Shown: positions 19,487-30,240, counted from the stretch's first letter. The stretch is DNA of 64,000 bases from Planctomycetota bacterium (GCA_031423015.1 JANPER010000176.1:4759-68758), one strand, 5' to 3'. The notes: generated from the letters alone by a model not told the origin. Program-made: numbers and translations.

Positions 19487-19527
19487 TGGGTTCTACTGTT
19501 TGGTTTCGATTCGGTGAGTGCGGGAGG

Positions 19528-20868
19528 TCAGGCCTTGGACTTCAGTTCCTCGACGCGCCGAGCCGCGTCGCGGAAGCCGATGTCTTGTTCGAGGATGCGG
19601 GAGAAGTGCGTCATGGCCTGGTCGCGGCGACCCGCGTCCTGCGCCAACGCGCCCATCTCGTAGAGAATGTCCTTGCCCAGTTTGCCGGTGGGGCCCGCGA
19701 CGTCCAGCGCCTTCTGCAACTGACCCATCGCCAGGTCGTCCAGCCCCTTCTTGCGGAAGGCCTTGCCCAGCAGAAGCTGGGCCTCGACCTTGGTGCGGGG
19801 GTCTTTGATCGCCTGCTGCAGCTCGGCGATGCCTTCGTCGAGCTGGTCGAGCGCCAGGAGCGCGCTGCCCAGGTGGTAGCGCAGCCCCAAGTCGGTGGGA
19901 TTACGCTGCGCCCGGCGGCGGTACTCCGCGGCCTTCAGGTCGGCCAGGGCTCGCTCCGACATCTTGCCGGCGTGCTCGTCGCCTCGCTTGTGCGCTTCTT
20001 GGACGCGCTTTTCTTGCAGCGACAGACGAAGGTCGCCCACACGATCGGCAAGGTCGCCGTCGTTGGGGTCGATCCGCAAGGCGCGCTCCAGGCAGTCGAG
20101 CGCACCCTGGGTGTCGCCCTGCATGCGGTGCAGGTCGGCGATGCGCCGCAGCAGCTTGACGTCTTCGGGCCGCTCGGCGAGCCGCGGCTCCAGTTGGTCG
20201 AGTTCGCCAGCGATCTCCTCGGCCGATAACTGCAAGCGCGCGTCGCGTTCGATCTGCCGCTGTGCGTCGGTGTCCTTCAGGATGTCGCGCGTGTGCTTGG
20301 CATGCTCCAGGCCGGTCTTCTTGAGCGCACCCTCCGCCGCGAGATTCTTGCGCGACCGGAGCGCGTCTTGGTCGCGCGGGTCGATCTTGAGCACCTGCTC
20401 GAACATCGCGAGGGCTTCGTCCATTCGGCCTTCTCCTTGCAGCAGGGCGCCCGCGCGCTTGGCCGACGTCACCGCGTGTTGGTCGGCTTCAGCGACCGCG
20501 TGGTAGACCGCGAGCGCCGAGCGCTTGTGGCCGGCACGCTCCAGCGACTCACCCAGCTTGACGTTCACGGCCTCGTTGCGCGGATCGAGCACGAGGTAGC
20601 GCTCGAACGCCTTGGCGGCGCCGCCGTGCTTGCCGAGCATGCGACACACCGACGCGCTCAACAGGTGCACGCCGCCCCCGATCATCGCCACCATCTTGGA
20701 TGGCTTCTTGGCCTCGGTCTTCTTGAACAAAGCGCGTCGCAAGCCGGCGCGCGCCTCGCCGCTGTCGGGCTGCATCGCGAGCAGCTTGCCGTAGATGTCG
20801 ATCGCCAGCGCGTAGTTGCGCTTCTTGACGGCCTCGTCGGCTTTCTCGAGGTGCTTGCTAAGGTCCAT
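19528..20868 (-). CDS. Tetratricopeptide repeat protein
   Basis: Multiple TPR-like units (ALAMFEQVLKIDP, CLERALRIDP); ATG 20868. Confidence 0.85.
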   Translation of the reverse strand: MDLSKHLEKADEAVKKRNYALAIDIYGKLLAMQPDSGEARAGLRRALFKKTEAKKPSKMVAMIGGGVHLLSASVCRMLGKHGGAAKAFERYLVLDPRNEAVNVKLGESLERAGHKRSALAVYHAVAEADQHAVTSAKRAGALLQGEGRMDEALAMFEQVLKIDPRDQDALRSRKNLAAEGALKKTGLEHAKHTRDILKDTDAQRQIERDARLQLSAEEIAGELDQLEPRLAERPEDVKLLRRIADLHRMQGDTQGALDCLERALRIDPNDGDLADRVGDLRLSLQEKRVQEAHKRGDEHAGKMSERALADLKAAEYRRRAQRNPTDLGLRYHLGSALLALDQLDEGIAELQQAIKDPRTKVEAQLLLGKAFRKKGLDDLAMGQLQKALDVAGPTGKLGKDILYEMGALAQDAGRRDQAMTHFSRILEQDIGFRDAARRVEELKSKA

Positions 20869-21072
20869 GCAGCGGCGCGGCGGAGAACGGGCGAGGCGGG
20901 GAAAAGGGCGCGGGATGCTAGCCGTGAGCCAATGCCTCCGCAATCACCGGCTCCGTGACGAGGCGCGGACGGGGCCGCGCGAAGTAGATTTTTTGGCGAC
21001 CGATGGCCGACGCCGACGCGAGACCCTTTCCGCTGCCGAGTGCCCACCCTACGCTCCGGCGCGGCATCGAGC

Positions 21073-21585
21073 ATGCAAGTCCTGGTCTACCCAAACCCCC
21101 TGTTGCGCCGCGGTGGCGTGCCCGTCACCCAGTTCGACGCCGCACTGGGCGAGACCGCGCGCGGGCTGTTCACCGCGATGTACGCCGAGCGTGGCGTCGG
21201 GCTGGCAGCGCCCCAGGTCGGCCTGCACCTGAACCTGTTGGTGGTGAACCCGACCGGCGATCCCGCCCACCCCGAGGAGGAGAAGATCCTGGTGAACCCC
21301 ACGATCGAGACGCAGAAGGGGCGCGAGTACGGCGAGGAGGGCTGCCTGTCGTTCCCCGGCATCTACGGCGAGGTGGAGCGTGCCACCAGCATCGTGGTGA
21401 CCCACCTCGACGAGCGCGGCACAGCGCAGAAGGTCACCTACAAGGACTTCCTGGCGCGCATCGTGCAGCACGAGATGGACCACCTGCGCGGCGTGTTGTT
21501 CGTCGATCGCTTGTCGCCCACCGACAAGGTGCGCGTCCGGCCGCGCCTCGCAGAAATGGAGCGTCGTTTCGGCGCTTCGGCATGA
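21073..21585 (+). CDS. def: Peptide deformylase
   Basis: GVGLAAPQVG, EGCLSFPG, QHEMDHL. Confidence 0.97.
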   Translation: MQVLVYPNPLLRRGGVPVTQFDAALGETARGLFTAMYAERGVGLAAPQVGLHLNLLVVNPTGDPAHPEEEKILVNPTIETQKGREYGEEGCLSFPGIYGEVERATSIVVTHLDERGTAQKVTYKDFLARIVQHEMDHLRGVLFVDRLSPTDKVRVRPRLAEMERRFGASA

Positions 21586-22541
21586 GGGTCGTCGAAGGGC
21601 TCGACCATCTGCTGGCGCTCGACCTCGGGGCGCTGTACGGGGAGGCGCGCGAGTCACGCTCGGTGGTCACGGTCGGAGTCTTCGACGGCGTGCACCTGGG
21701 GCACCTGCGCTTGGTGCACGATCTCATGGAGATGGCCACCGCGCTCGACGCGGTGCCGACGGCGATCACGTTTCGCTCGCATCCCGACGCCTTGCTGCGC
21801 GGCCAGGCGCCGCCCGAGATCGTCAGCGTGGCGCATCGCTTGCGCTTGCTGCGCCGCGCCGGCGTGCAGCGCCTGGTCTTGCTGGACTTCGACGCGCGCC
21901 TGCGCGCGTTCACCGCGGCCGAGTTCGCCACGTCGGTGCTGGCGCGCGCGCTGCGCTGTCGCGGGCTGTTGCTGGGGTTCGATTCACGCCTGGGGCGCGA
22001 CCGCGAGGGAACGCCAGCGCGCTTCAGCGAACTCGGCAAAGACCTCGGCTTCGTCGTGCAAACCGCGCAGCCGTTGCAGGTCGACGGGCAGCCCGTGTCG
22101 TCGACGGCGATTCGCGCCGCGATCACCGCCGGCGATCTGCAGCGCAGCGTACGACTGCTCGGTCGGTATCCATCGGCGTTCGGCGAAGTGGTGCACGGCC
22201 AGGGCCGCGGCCGGGGGCTCGGCTTTCCCACGGCCAACGTCTTGCCGCAGAGCCCGGTGCTGCCACCGCACGGGGTGTACGCCGTGCACGTGATCCACGC
22301 CGGCAACACCTACGCGGGCGTGGCCAACCATGGTCGGCGACCGACCTTCGCACCGGCCAAGACGGACGCCGCCCTCGAAGTGCACCTGCTCGACTGGCAA
22401 GGTGACCTGTACGGCGCGACGCTGGAGGTCAGCTTCGTCGCCTTCTTGCGCGCCGAGCAACCATTTGCCAACGCCGACGCGCTGCGCCTGCAGATCGCCA
22501 AGGACGTCGCGCGGGCCCGCGCGTTGCTAGGCGAGGCGTGA
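21582..22541 (+). CDS. ribF: Riboflavin kinase/FAD synthetase
   Basis: GVFDGVHLGH, VSSTAIR, GRGLGFPTAN, LEVHLLD. Confidence 0.95.
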   Translation: MRVVEGLDHLLALDLGALYGEARESRSVVTVGVFDGVHLGHLRLVHDLMEMATALDAVPTAITFRSHPDALLRGQAPPEIVSVAHRLRLLRRAGVQRLVLLDFDARLRAFTAAEFATSVLARALRCRGLLLGFDSRLGRDREGTPARFSELGKDLGFVVQTAQPLQVDGQPVSSTAIRAAITAGDLQRSVRLLGRYPSAFGEVVHGQGRGRGLGFPTANVLPQSPVLPPHGVYAVHVIHAGNTYAGVANHGRRPTFAPAKTDAALEVHLLDWQGDLYGATLEVSFVAFLRAEQPFANADALRLQIAKDVARARALLGEA

Positions 22542-22653
22542 GATGGTCGGCGCTCCTCTTGGCAACGCCTTCGGAACTGAGGACCACCACGCGCGTCCGC
22601 GCCCGCTTTGCCGCCGGGCGGGTGCCCGTCGGCACCGACGGAAGATCCAACTC

Positions 22654-23859
22654 ATGCGCATTGCACGTCTTGTTCTGCCCCTCTCGCTGACCCTCATGTC
22701 GCTCCCCATCACCGCGCAACCCGCGCCCGACCTCTCGGCGTTTGCCTTCAAGCTGGTGGCCGAAGTCGGACGCACGCCGGGCAACACCTGCGTGTCGCCC
22801 TGGTCGATTGCGATCGCCTTGGGCATGGCGCGCGCCGGCGCCGAGGGCGCCACCGCGCACGAGATCGACGCGGCGCTCGGCCTGAAGGATGACGCCGTGG
22901 GGACACTGTCTCGGCTGGCCAGCGCTGCCAAGCCGCGCCAGATCCGACGCTGGGTCGACGGGGCGAGCACACGAGTCGACGCCTACGCGCTGCACGTCGC
23001 CAATGCGGCCTGGTTGGCGGTCAACGCCAAACTGTTGCCCGACTACACACGTGTCTTGGAGAACGACTTCAAGGCGCCGCCGCAGCGGATCGACTTCAGG
23101 CGGCCCCAGGCCCGCACCACGATCAACGACTGGGTGCTGCGGCAGACCAAGGACCGCATCCGCGACTTGCTGCCGGCTGGCAAGCCCGATGCCGACACCC
23201 GCCTCGTGCTGGTGAACTGCCTGTTCCTCAAGGCCGCGTGGGCTGACCAGTTCGAGCCGGACTCCACGCAGCCGTTGCCGTTCAGCCTGGCCGACGGCAA
23301 CAAGGTCGATGTGCCGACGATGCGACACACGCACAACTATGGCTACGCCGAGACCAAGCAGATGCAGATCGTCGAGTTGCCCTTCGAAGGTGGCGACCTG
23401 AGCATGCTGATCGCGGTGCCGCGCGACGGGGTGACGTTGGACGACGCCAGCGCCGAACTCGCGGCCAACTGGGGTGCCCTGTCGCAGACGGGCTCGCAGC
23501 TCGTGGCGCTCAACCTGCCACGCTTCACGTTCGAGACCGAGGCTGCGCTCAACCAGGTCTTGCGCGCGCTCGGCGTGCGGACCGCGTTCGACCGCGAGCA
23601 TGCCGACTTTTCACGCATGACGCAGAAGGACGACCCGGTCTTCATCAGCGACGTCCTGCACAAGACCTTCATCAAGGTCGACGAGAACGGCACCGAGGCT
23701 GCGGCGGCTACCGCGGTGATGCTGGCGGTCACCAGCGCGGCGCGCGAGTCGACACCGCCCACCCCCATCCCCGTGCGCGCTGACCGGCCGTTCCTGTTCG
23801 CCATCAAGCATGCGAACGCCGGGTTGTTGTTCGTGGGCCGGGTCAGCGATCCGCGTTGA
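22654..23859 (+). CDS. Secreted serpin
   Basis: Signal peptide, SPWSI, LVNCLFLKAAW, VDENGTEAAAAT hinge, ADRPFLF. Confidence 0.95.
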   Translation: MRIARLVLPLSLTLMSLPITAQPAPDLSAFAFKLVAEVGRTPGNTCVSPWSIAIALGMARAGAEGATAHEIDAALGLKDDAVGTLSRLASAAKPRQIRRWVDGASTRVDAYALHVANAAWLAVNAKLLPDYTRVLENDFKAPPQRIDFRRPQARTTINDWVLRQTKDRIRDLLPAGKPDADTRLVLVNCLFLKAAWADQFEPDSTQPLPFSLADGNKVDVPTMRHTHNYGYAETKQMQIVELPFEGGDLSMLIAVPRDGVTLDDASAELAANWGALSQTGSQLVALNLPRFTFETEAALNQVLRALGVRTAFDREHADFSRMTQKDDPVFISDVLHKTFIKVDENGTEAAAATAVMLAVTSAARESTPPTPIPVRADRPFLFAIKHANAGLLFVGRVSDPR

Positions 23860-23900
23860 AGAACTGGCCGTCGAGGCCACTGACCCTATGGTCACCGCGC

Positions 23901-24221
23901 GTGACCAATCCCGTCCCCGCTCTGCGTCGGATCGCATTCATCGAGGGCGTGTCCTTCCTCGTGCTGCTCGGCATCGCCATGCCGCTACGCCACTTTGCGG
24001 GCCTGCCGCGGGCGGTCACGGTGTTCGGCTGGCTACACGGCATCCTGTTCATTTGGCTCTGCCTGGCGCTGCTCCGCACGCGCAGCGTCGGCTGGTCGGT
24101 GCTGCGCATGGCCGCCGTCTTCGTGGCCGCGCTGGTGCCGTTCGGCACGTTCCTGATCGACCCTCGCATGCGAGCGTGGCAGGCCGAGGCCGATCGCGAC
24201 CCCGTCGCACGGGACGCTTGA
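23901..24221 (+). CDS. DUF3817-like membrane protein
   Basis: IAFIEGVSFLVLLGIAMPLR...GWLHGILF...VPFGTF. Confidence 0.8.
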   Translation: MTNPVPALRRIAFIEGVSFLVLLGIAMPLRHFAGLPRAVTVFGWLHGILFIWLCLALLRTRSVGWSVLRMAAVFVAALVPFGTFLIDPRMRAWQAEADRDPVARDA

Positions 24222-24262
24222 TCCCGCGACGTCGTGTCTCTATCTTCCGCGGCCCTCGACCA

Positions 24263-24338
24263 GGGCAGGTAGCTCAGCTGGTAGAGCACAGCATTGAAAA
24301 TGCTGGGGTCGCCGGTTCAACTCCGGCCCTGCCCACCA
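24263..24338 (+). tRNA. tRNA-Phe(GAA)
   Basis: GGGCAGG/CCTGCCC acceptor stem, CAGCA-TTGAAAA-TGCTG anticodon arm, GGTTCAA T-loop, encoded CCA, 76 nt. Confidence 0.95.
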
Positions 24339-24382
24339 TTTGACGTGATCGACGCGGTCGCAGGTTCTGGCGGTCGGCAACG

Positions 24383-24434
24383 ACGAGAAATCAGAGACGA
24401 GAAATCAGGGGCGACCACACCAGGGGCGACAACA
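24383..24434. repeat. Short tandem repeats downstream of the tRNA
   Basis: GACGAGAAATCAG x2 followed by CAGGGGCGAC(C/A)ACAC x2. Confidence 0.6.
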
Positions 24435-24608
24435 CGGCCAAGCCGCTGATCCGCCCGTGTTGGCGTCGTTTGGATGCCCCCCCTGCGCGCTGCGTCGGCG
24501 GGTAAGATCCGAAGGTCGTTTCTCGGGTTTTCCCGCGACCTTCGCAAGCACTCCCTTACTCTCGAATCGCTCCGCCCCGTTTCTCGGCCTCCGGCCACAC
24601 CACGCACG

Positions 24609-26198
24609 ATGAGAACACTCGCCTTCGTCTCTCTTCTTGGCTTCACCGCGGCTGTCGCTGCGCAGCCCAACATCCGCCCCGGCACCAACGTGACCAACAC
24701 GCTGGGCTCACTCGGCTCACCGGCGGGTGCGCACACGGGGACCTTCCCCACCGGCCAGCAGTCTTGGGGCGTGACCACCACGTCATGCAACATCGGCACG
24801 ATCAACGTCCCGTGGTTGCGCGACATGAACGTCGATCATCCGCAGATGGGCATGTGGATGTATCGCCTCTACAACGGCCGCCTGGAGCAGATCTCGCAGT
24901 TCATGGGCGTGAAGCACGGCTTCACCAGCACCAACTCGCCAGGTTGTGGCAGCTGTCCCGGCGGAGCCGGCACCTCACTGGTCATCGGCTGCACCGACAC
25001 CTATGGCGCTAGCCTCAACTACAGCCATACGTACATGGCGCCGCCGAGCGAAATCGACCCATGGACCGGCGTGTGGACCTCGCGCGGCTCGCATTTTGAT
25101 CGCGGCTTCCCGGTGGTGTCGCCGCCCGGAGACACCGACAACGTGCGCAGTGGCATCAACTTCGGCACCGCGCACGGCTATCGCAACCTGGTGTGGGACT
25201 CAGGGCTCAACGTGACCGGCGCGACCTTCTTCGTCAGCGCCTACTACGTCGTGATCGGTGAGCCTGACGCCAACCGCGAGAACAACTTCGCCACGCAGCA
25301 GTTCACCACGTCATGGAACGGCTCGAACTGGACATGGAACGGGACCAGTGGTCACGACCAACGGCCAGCCATCTACCGCTACACCGGCGCGACGGTAACC
25401 CACGCCAACAACAACAACGGCTCGGACGGCCGGTTCTACGTCGCCGTGCGCGTGACTGGCCCCAACGCCGGCATGTATCACTACGACTATGCGGTGATGA
25501 ACCGCGACAACAACCGCCAGGGTGGCGCGCTGCGCATCCCAGTGTGCACCACCGCGACCGTGTCGAACATTGCGTTCCGCGACGTCGACGAAGTGAGCGG
25601 CACGGACTGGGCCATCAGCCGCAGTCCACACGAGATCGTGTTCACCGCTCCCGCGGCCAACGCCAACAACCTCTCCTGGGGCAACATGTACAACTTCTCG
25701 TTCGACTGCGACATGGCGCCGTCGAACGGCACGGTATGCGTCGACCAGGCCCTGCCGGGCGCCGGCAACCCCGGGGTGCACGTCGTGACCTCCGTGCCGC
25801 TGAACGCGCGCAACGTGACCCTGGGCGCTGGCTGCGGCATTCCGGCCCCCGTGCTCGCCGGCACCGGTGCGGCGATCATCGGCAACAGTTCGTTCGTGGT
25901 GACCGCGAGCAACGTCGCCGCCAGCTCGACCAACATGTTCCTGTTGAGCGCTGGCGCAGTGAACCTGCCCGTTCCTCCCTGCGCGATCTACGTCGACCCG
26001 ACGCTGATCGTCGCGGTGCTGAGCGTCGCCGCCAACGGTTCCGGTGTCGCCACGCTGCCTTTGCCGGTGCCGAACAACGCGGCGCTGGACGGCGGCTCGA
26101 TCGTGCTGCAGAGCGCAGAAGTCCAAGTCGGCGGCGCCTACGGCGGGTTCGCTGACCTGTCGAACGGCCTGCGCGTCAAGCTGGGCAGCTGCAACTGA
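24609..26198 (+). CDS. Secreted hypothetical protein with shared C-terminal domain
   Basis: Signal peptide MRTLAFVSLLGFTAAVAAQ; N/G/T/S-rich beta composition. Confidence 0.85.
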   Translation: MRTLAFVSLLGFTAAVAAQPNIRPGTNVTNTLGSLGSPAGAHTGTFPTGQQSWGVTTTSCNIGTINVPWLRDMNVDHPQMGMWMYRLYNGRLEQISQFMGVKHGFTSTNSPGCGSCPGGAGTSLVIGCTDTYGASLNYSHTYMAPPSEIDPWTGVWTSRGSHFDRGFPVVSPPGDTDNVRSGINFGTAHGYRNLVWDSGLNVTGATFFVSAYYVVIGEPDANRENNFATQQFTTSWNGSNWTWNGTSGHDQRPAIYRYTGATVTHANNNNGSDGRFYVAVRVTGPNAGMYHYDYAVMNRDNNRQGGALRIPVCTTATVSNIAFRDVDEVSGTDWAISRSPHEIVFTAPAANANNLSWGNMYNFSFDCDMAPSNGTVCVDQALPGAGNPGVHVVTSVPLNARNVTLGAGCGIPAPVLAGTGAAIIGNSSFVVTASNVAASSTNMFLLSAGAVNLPVPPCAIYVDPTLIVAVLSVAANGSGVATLPLPVPNNAALDGGSIVLQSAEVQVGGAYGGFADLSNGLRVKLGSCN

Positions 26199-26299
26199 GC
26201 GGCTAGGCTGAAAGTGGCCGCGCTCGCGCGCGGCGATCACAGGGCGGTGCTTTGCACCGCCCTGTTTCATTCATACCCCGTGCGTCGAGGGGACGCGGT

Positions 26300-26671
26300 T
26301 CAGTCCGGGGACGCACGGCGACGGTTCCGCCCCATGCCAAACCACAAGCCAGCCGCGCCCACCAAGGCGTAGGTGAGCTTCGACTTGTTGCTCAGGCTGG
26401 CGATGTGCGTCACGAAGTAGGCGAGCGACTCATCGGAGCGGAATGGGTAGTGATGCCACTCGACGAACATGGTCACGAGCACCGCCAGGATGCCGATCAC
26501 GACGCCCCACATCAGTCGGCGGCCGGGCGCCGCGAGCCCGGCGCCGATGGCAAGGCAAGCGCCCACGATCGCCAGCGCGCGCACTTCCTGCGCTTCCGCC
26601 AAGAGGAACGCACCGTAGCCAATCGCGCCGCCGACAGCCGCGCCCAAGAGTCGTCGCATGGGATCTGACAC
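26300..26671 (-). CDS. Small membrane protein
   Basis: About four hydrophobic segments. Confidence 0.7.
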   Translation of the reverse strand: MSDPMRRLLGAAVGGAIGYGAFLLAEAQEVRALAIVGACLAIGAGLAAPGRRLMWGVVIGILAVLVTMFVEWHHYPFRSDESLAYFVTHIASLSNKSKLTYALVGAAGLWFGMGRNRRRASPD

Positions 26672-26731
26672 GACGAAAAGTCTACGCTGCGCACGCCCCG
26701 AACCCGAGCCTCGAGCGGCGCGACTCGCGTC

Positions 26732-27883
26732 TCACTCGCCGGCGTGCGCCGCCCTTAGGATCGCGCCGTACTCCGCCTCCCCCATCGGCCGCGGGTTGCT
26801 GGCGTTCGACCCGTTCGTCACCGCCGTGCGGGCGATGCGCGCGTGATCACCAGGCGCGATGCCGAGGCTGGCAAACGACGGGATAGACACCGCCCGGAGC
26901 AAGCCGCGCAGCGACGCGAGGAAGCGGCCAGCGCGCTCGGCGACCGCGCCGCCGGCCTCCGGATCCTCCGGATGCAGGAGCGCGTCGAGTTGCGCCAGGC
27001 GGTCGGCCACCGCCGCGCCGTGCGCCGCCAACGTCGGCACCAGCAAGACCGCATTGGCGAGGCCATGCGGCACATCGTAGAACCCGCCGAGGGTCTCCGA
27101 CAGGCAGTGCACCGCGCCGACGTCGGCGTTGCCGAACGCGAGACCAGCCAGTGTCGACGCGCGCATGATCGCTTCGCGCGCCTCGGCATCGCCGCGCAGG
27201 TTCTGGCTCGCGCGCGGGAGGAACGCAAACGCCAGCGCGATCGCCTTCTCGGCCAAGGCATCGCTCACCGGGTTGCGCGGCAAGCCCGTCGTCGCCTCGA
27301 GCGCGTGCGTGAGCGCGTCGACGGCGGTCGCGGCCAGGACGCCTTGCGGCAACGACGCGATCAGGTCAGCGTCGACGACGGCAGCGTCAGGGAACATGAG
27401 GTCACCCTTGATACTCACCTTGGTCTTGGTCGCCGGATCGGTGAGCACCGACACCCAGGTGACCTCCGAGCCGGTGCCACACGTGGTCGGGATGGCGATG
27501 CAGCGCAGCGGCCGCTGCGCGAATTTGTTGCGCCCGACATAGTCGAGCGCGCGGCCGCCGTTGGTCGCCAGCATCGCCGCCGCCTTGGCGGCATCGAGCA
27601 CGCTGCCACCCCCCAGGCCAATCACCCCGTCGAACCCCCGCGCCCTTGCCCCCAGCGCCTCGGCCGTTTGCAGGCGCGGATTGGCCTCGACCTCGGTCGC
27701 CACCTCGACCGCCACGCCCCGGGCGGCCAGACTGGCCGCTACCTTGGCCGGTGCGCCGGTGTTGCTCACCCCCACGTCGGTGACCAACAAGACCCGGCGG
27801 AGCCCATGCTCCGACACCAACACGGGAAGAGTCGAAAGAACGCCCGGGGCAAGGAGCAGTCGGGTCGGGGCGCGGAACGGCAT
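26732..27883 (-). CDS. Iron-containing alcohol dehydrogenase
   Basis: GLGGGSVLDAAK, IPTTCGTGSEVT, DALTHALE, VHCLSE, PHGLAN. Confidence 0.93.
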   Translation of the reverse strand: MPFRAPTRLLLAPGVLSTLPVLVSEHGLRRVLLVTDVGVSNTGAPAKVAASLAARGVAVEVATEVEANPRLQTAEALGARARGFDGVIGLGGGSVLDAAKAAAMLATNGGRALDYVGRNKFAQRPLRCIAIPTTCGTGSEVTWVSVLTDPATKTKVSIKGDLMFPDAAVVDADLIASLPQGVLAATAVDALTHALEATTGLPRNPVSDALAEKAIALAFAFLPRASQNLRGDAEAREAIMRASTLAGLAFGNADVGAVHCLSETLGGFYDVPHGLANAVLLVPTLAAHGAAVADRLAQLDALLHPEDPEAGGAVAERAGRFLASLRGLLRAVSIPSFASLGIAPGDHARIARTAVTNGSNASNPRPMGEAEYGAILRAAHAGE

Positions 27884-27992
27884 GGCCGGGCGCAATTGTG
27901 GAGACCCCATCGCAGGCCCCGCCAAGAAATCACGGCCCGAGACCCTAGTCTTCTTCGTAACTGCGACTGCAAGTTTTCTCTACGGAGGTCTC

Positions 27993-28781
27993 ATGACTCA
28001 ACCACTCTCCCTGGCCGTCTCCCTGGCCGTGCTGTTGGCGCTCGTTGCGCCGCTCACCGCCCAAGAAGCTACCGCGCCGGCCAAGCCGGCCGCGCCCGCG
28101 CAAGACACGGGCACCGACAAGAAGGCCGCGCCAGCGGCACTGACGGTCGGCACTGCTCTCCCCGCCGATCTCAAGCTGCTCGACGCCGACGGCAAGGAGT
28201 TCGCGTTCAAGGACCACCAGGGCAAGGTGGTCATGGTCCATTTCTGGTCGTTCACCTGCCCGACGGAGAAGGTCGCCGAGCCGAAGCTCAACCAGTTGGC
28301 GACCGATTTCAAGGGCAAGGACGTCGTGATGGTGGCGATCAACGCCAACCAGAACGAGATCGGCGCGCCGCCTGAGGCCGCCGCATTCAGCGCCAAGGAA
28401 GACAAGGACCGGCCGTACCACGGCTTCCGCAAGCACGTCGCCAAGGTGAACCACAAGGTGCTGTTCGATCACACGGGCGATGTCGGGCGTTTGTTCGGCG
28501 CCAAGACCACGCCGCACTGCTTCGTGATCGATCAGAAGGGCGTGCTCGCCTACGCCGGCGGCCTTGACAACGACGGCAAGTCAGACGAGGTGCCCGCCGA
28601 GAACCAGTACGTGCGCCTCGCAATCAACGCGCTGCTCGCCGGCAAGCCGGTCGAGACCAGCACGTCGAAGCCCTATGGTTGAAACGTCAAGCTCGGCGCG
28701 CCCCGTGTGGGCGGCCAAGACAACGACGGCAAGAAGAAGGACAAGAACAGCGGCAAGAACAAGGGAGACGGTCGGCCGTGA
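27993..28781 (+). CDS. Exported redoxin/thioredoxin-family protein with probable C-terminal Sec
   Basis: FWSFTCP, GAKTTPHCFVID, SKPYG-TGA(28680-28682)-NVK where the family has PYGCxVK; next stop 28779-28781 overlaps the next start. Confidence 0.85.
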
Positions 28782-29305
28782 GACCCCTGGCCAACTCCCT
28801 TGGCCTATGCGCTTTGATTGCTCTCGCTGCGTGTAGCAGCGAGAGCAAGCCTGCGCCTGCGGCGCCGGAGCCGCGCGTCGTCGACATGGCTCAACTCGAC
28901 GCGGCGGTAAGACAGAACCTGGGTCGCGGCACGCTGGTGAACGTGTGGGCGACTTGGTGAGTACCGTGCGTAGCTGAGCTACCCCACCTCGTGCAGGTGG
29001 CCCAAGAGTTCGAGGCCCAGGGCGGCCGCGTTCTCAGCATCTCGCAAGACTTGTTCATCCCCGACGCCACCGAGGCAACGGCCGTCGCTGCGGTGAAGAA
29101 GATGAGCGCCAAACTGGGCATCCGCTTCCCGGTGTTCATCTTGAACGACAAGACGTTGGACGCGGTGAATGCGCGCTTCAACCTGCCGGGTCCGATCCCG
29201 TGCACGATCGCGCTCGACGCCGACGGCAAGGAAGTGGATCGCGACGAGGGCGACGCCGACCTCGAACGCTTCCGCGCGATGATGCGCAAGGCGCTCGGCA
29301 AGTAG
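28778..29305 (+). CDS. TlpA-family lipoprotein, selenoprotein (UxxC)
   Basis: Lipobox LAAC; LVNVWATW-TGA(28958-28960)-VPCVAELP; both halves in one frame. Confidence 0.9.
28984..29000 (+). promoter_or_regulatory. Candidate SECIS hairpin
   Basis: CCACCT-CGTGC-AGGTGG 23 nt after the TGA. Confidence 0.45.
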
Positions 29306-29312
29306 CGCGCGA

Positions 29313-30158
29313 TCACCGGCGCGCGGCCAGCGCGGCGACGCGCTCGATCGTGGCCGGCGTTGGTTGGTCGCGGATGATCTGCACGTGCGCACCAACCGGC
29401 GCCCACACGCGCGGCTCGGTCGACACGAACAGCGCCAGCGTCGGCACTCGTAGCGCGGCCGCCAAGTGAGTGGGCCCCGAGTCGTGGCCGACGTAGGCGC
29501 GCGCGGCGGCGACCATGGCGGCGAGTGCCGCGACGTCAGAAGGCCTGCTCACCTCGACGCCTGACGGCCAGCCCGTCGCTTCGCCACGTTCGATCTCGGC
29601 GGGACCGAGCACCAAGCGTACCCGCACGACGGCGGCAAGCGCTGTCGCCAACGCCCGCAACGCGGCTCTCGGCCAGCACTTGGTCCGCGCGCCGCTGCCC
29701 GCGTGCAAGATCACAGGCGCGTCGGGCGATGGCGTGGCGCGCGCGTCAACCAACGCGACCTCGTCGCAGCCTGACAACCCGGCGCGCACCAGCAGCTGCG
29801 CCGCCGCAGGCTCGGTCGACGCGCTGCGCAACACCGGGTCGAACACATCGACGCGGCGGTCCCCATCGGCCAGCTCCGCCAAGGCTGCATCGTCGCCGAC
29901 GATCCAGTCGAACGCCGCAAGGCGCCCGCGCGCGCGCAACCGCGCCTCCCCGCCCGCCCGCAACCCCCACAGACCCAAGTCCTCCGACGAGCGCGCGACC
30001 TCGACCACGCCGTAGCGGGTGAGCAGGCCGGCAAACTCGGCGACGCCAGCGAACGTGAGCGCCGCCGCGGGCGCGCGCATTCGCATCGCGCGCAACACCG
30101 GGATCATCAGCAGCGTGTCACCGAGACCGCCGCGGCGCACGCAGAGCAGATTGCGCAT
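29313..30158 (-). CDS. Glycosyltransferase family 9 (heptosyltransferase-like)
   Basis: GGLGDTLL, HAGSGARTKCWP, YVGHDSGPTHLAAAL. Confidence 0.9.
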   Translation of the reverse strand: MRNLLCVRRGGLGDTLLMIPVLRAMRMRAPAAALTFAGVAEFAGLLTRYGVVEVARSSEDLGLWGLRAGGEARLRARGRLAAFDWIVGDDAALAELADGDRRVDVFDPVLRSASTEPAAAQLLVRAGLSGCDEVALVDARATPSPDAPVILHAGSGARTKCWPRAALRALATALAAVVRVRLVLGPAEIERGEATGWPSGVEVSRPSDVAALAAMVAAARAYVGHDSGPTHLAAALRVPTLALFVSTEPRVWAPVGAHVQIIRDQPTPATIERVAALAARR

Positions 30159-30240
30159 GTCGCCATTGAAGTCTCTCACCGCCCGGAAAACTGCGACCTA
30201 CGACAGGAACAGTCAGTCAGCCGCCGGCTACCCTTACCGC

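Noticed and set aside
24383-24434. CRISPR-like array
   Set aside because: Only two copies each of 13-15 bp units, no spacers, no cas genes
24263-24470. tRNA-Phe as an integration site, or as tRNA-Sec
   Set aside because: No integrase and no repeated tRNA 3' end seen; anticodon is GAA with a short variable loop
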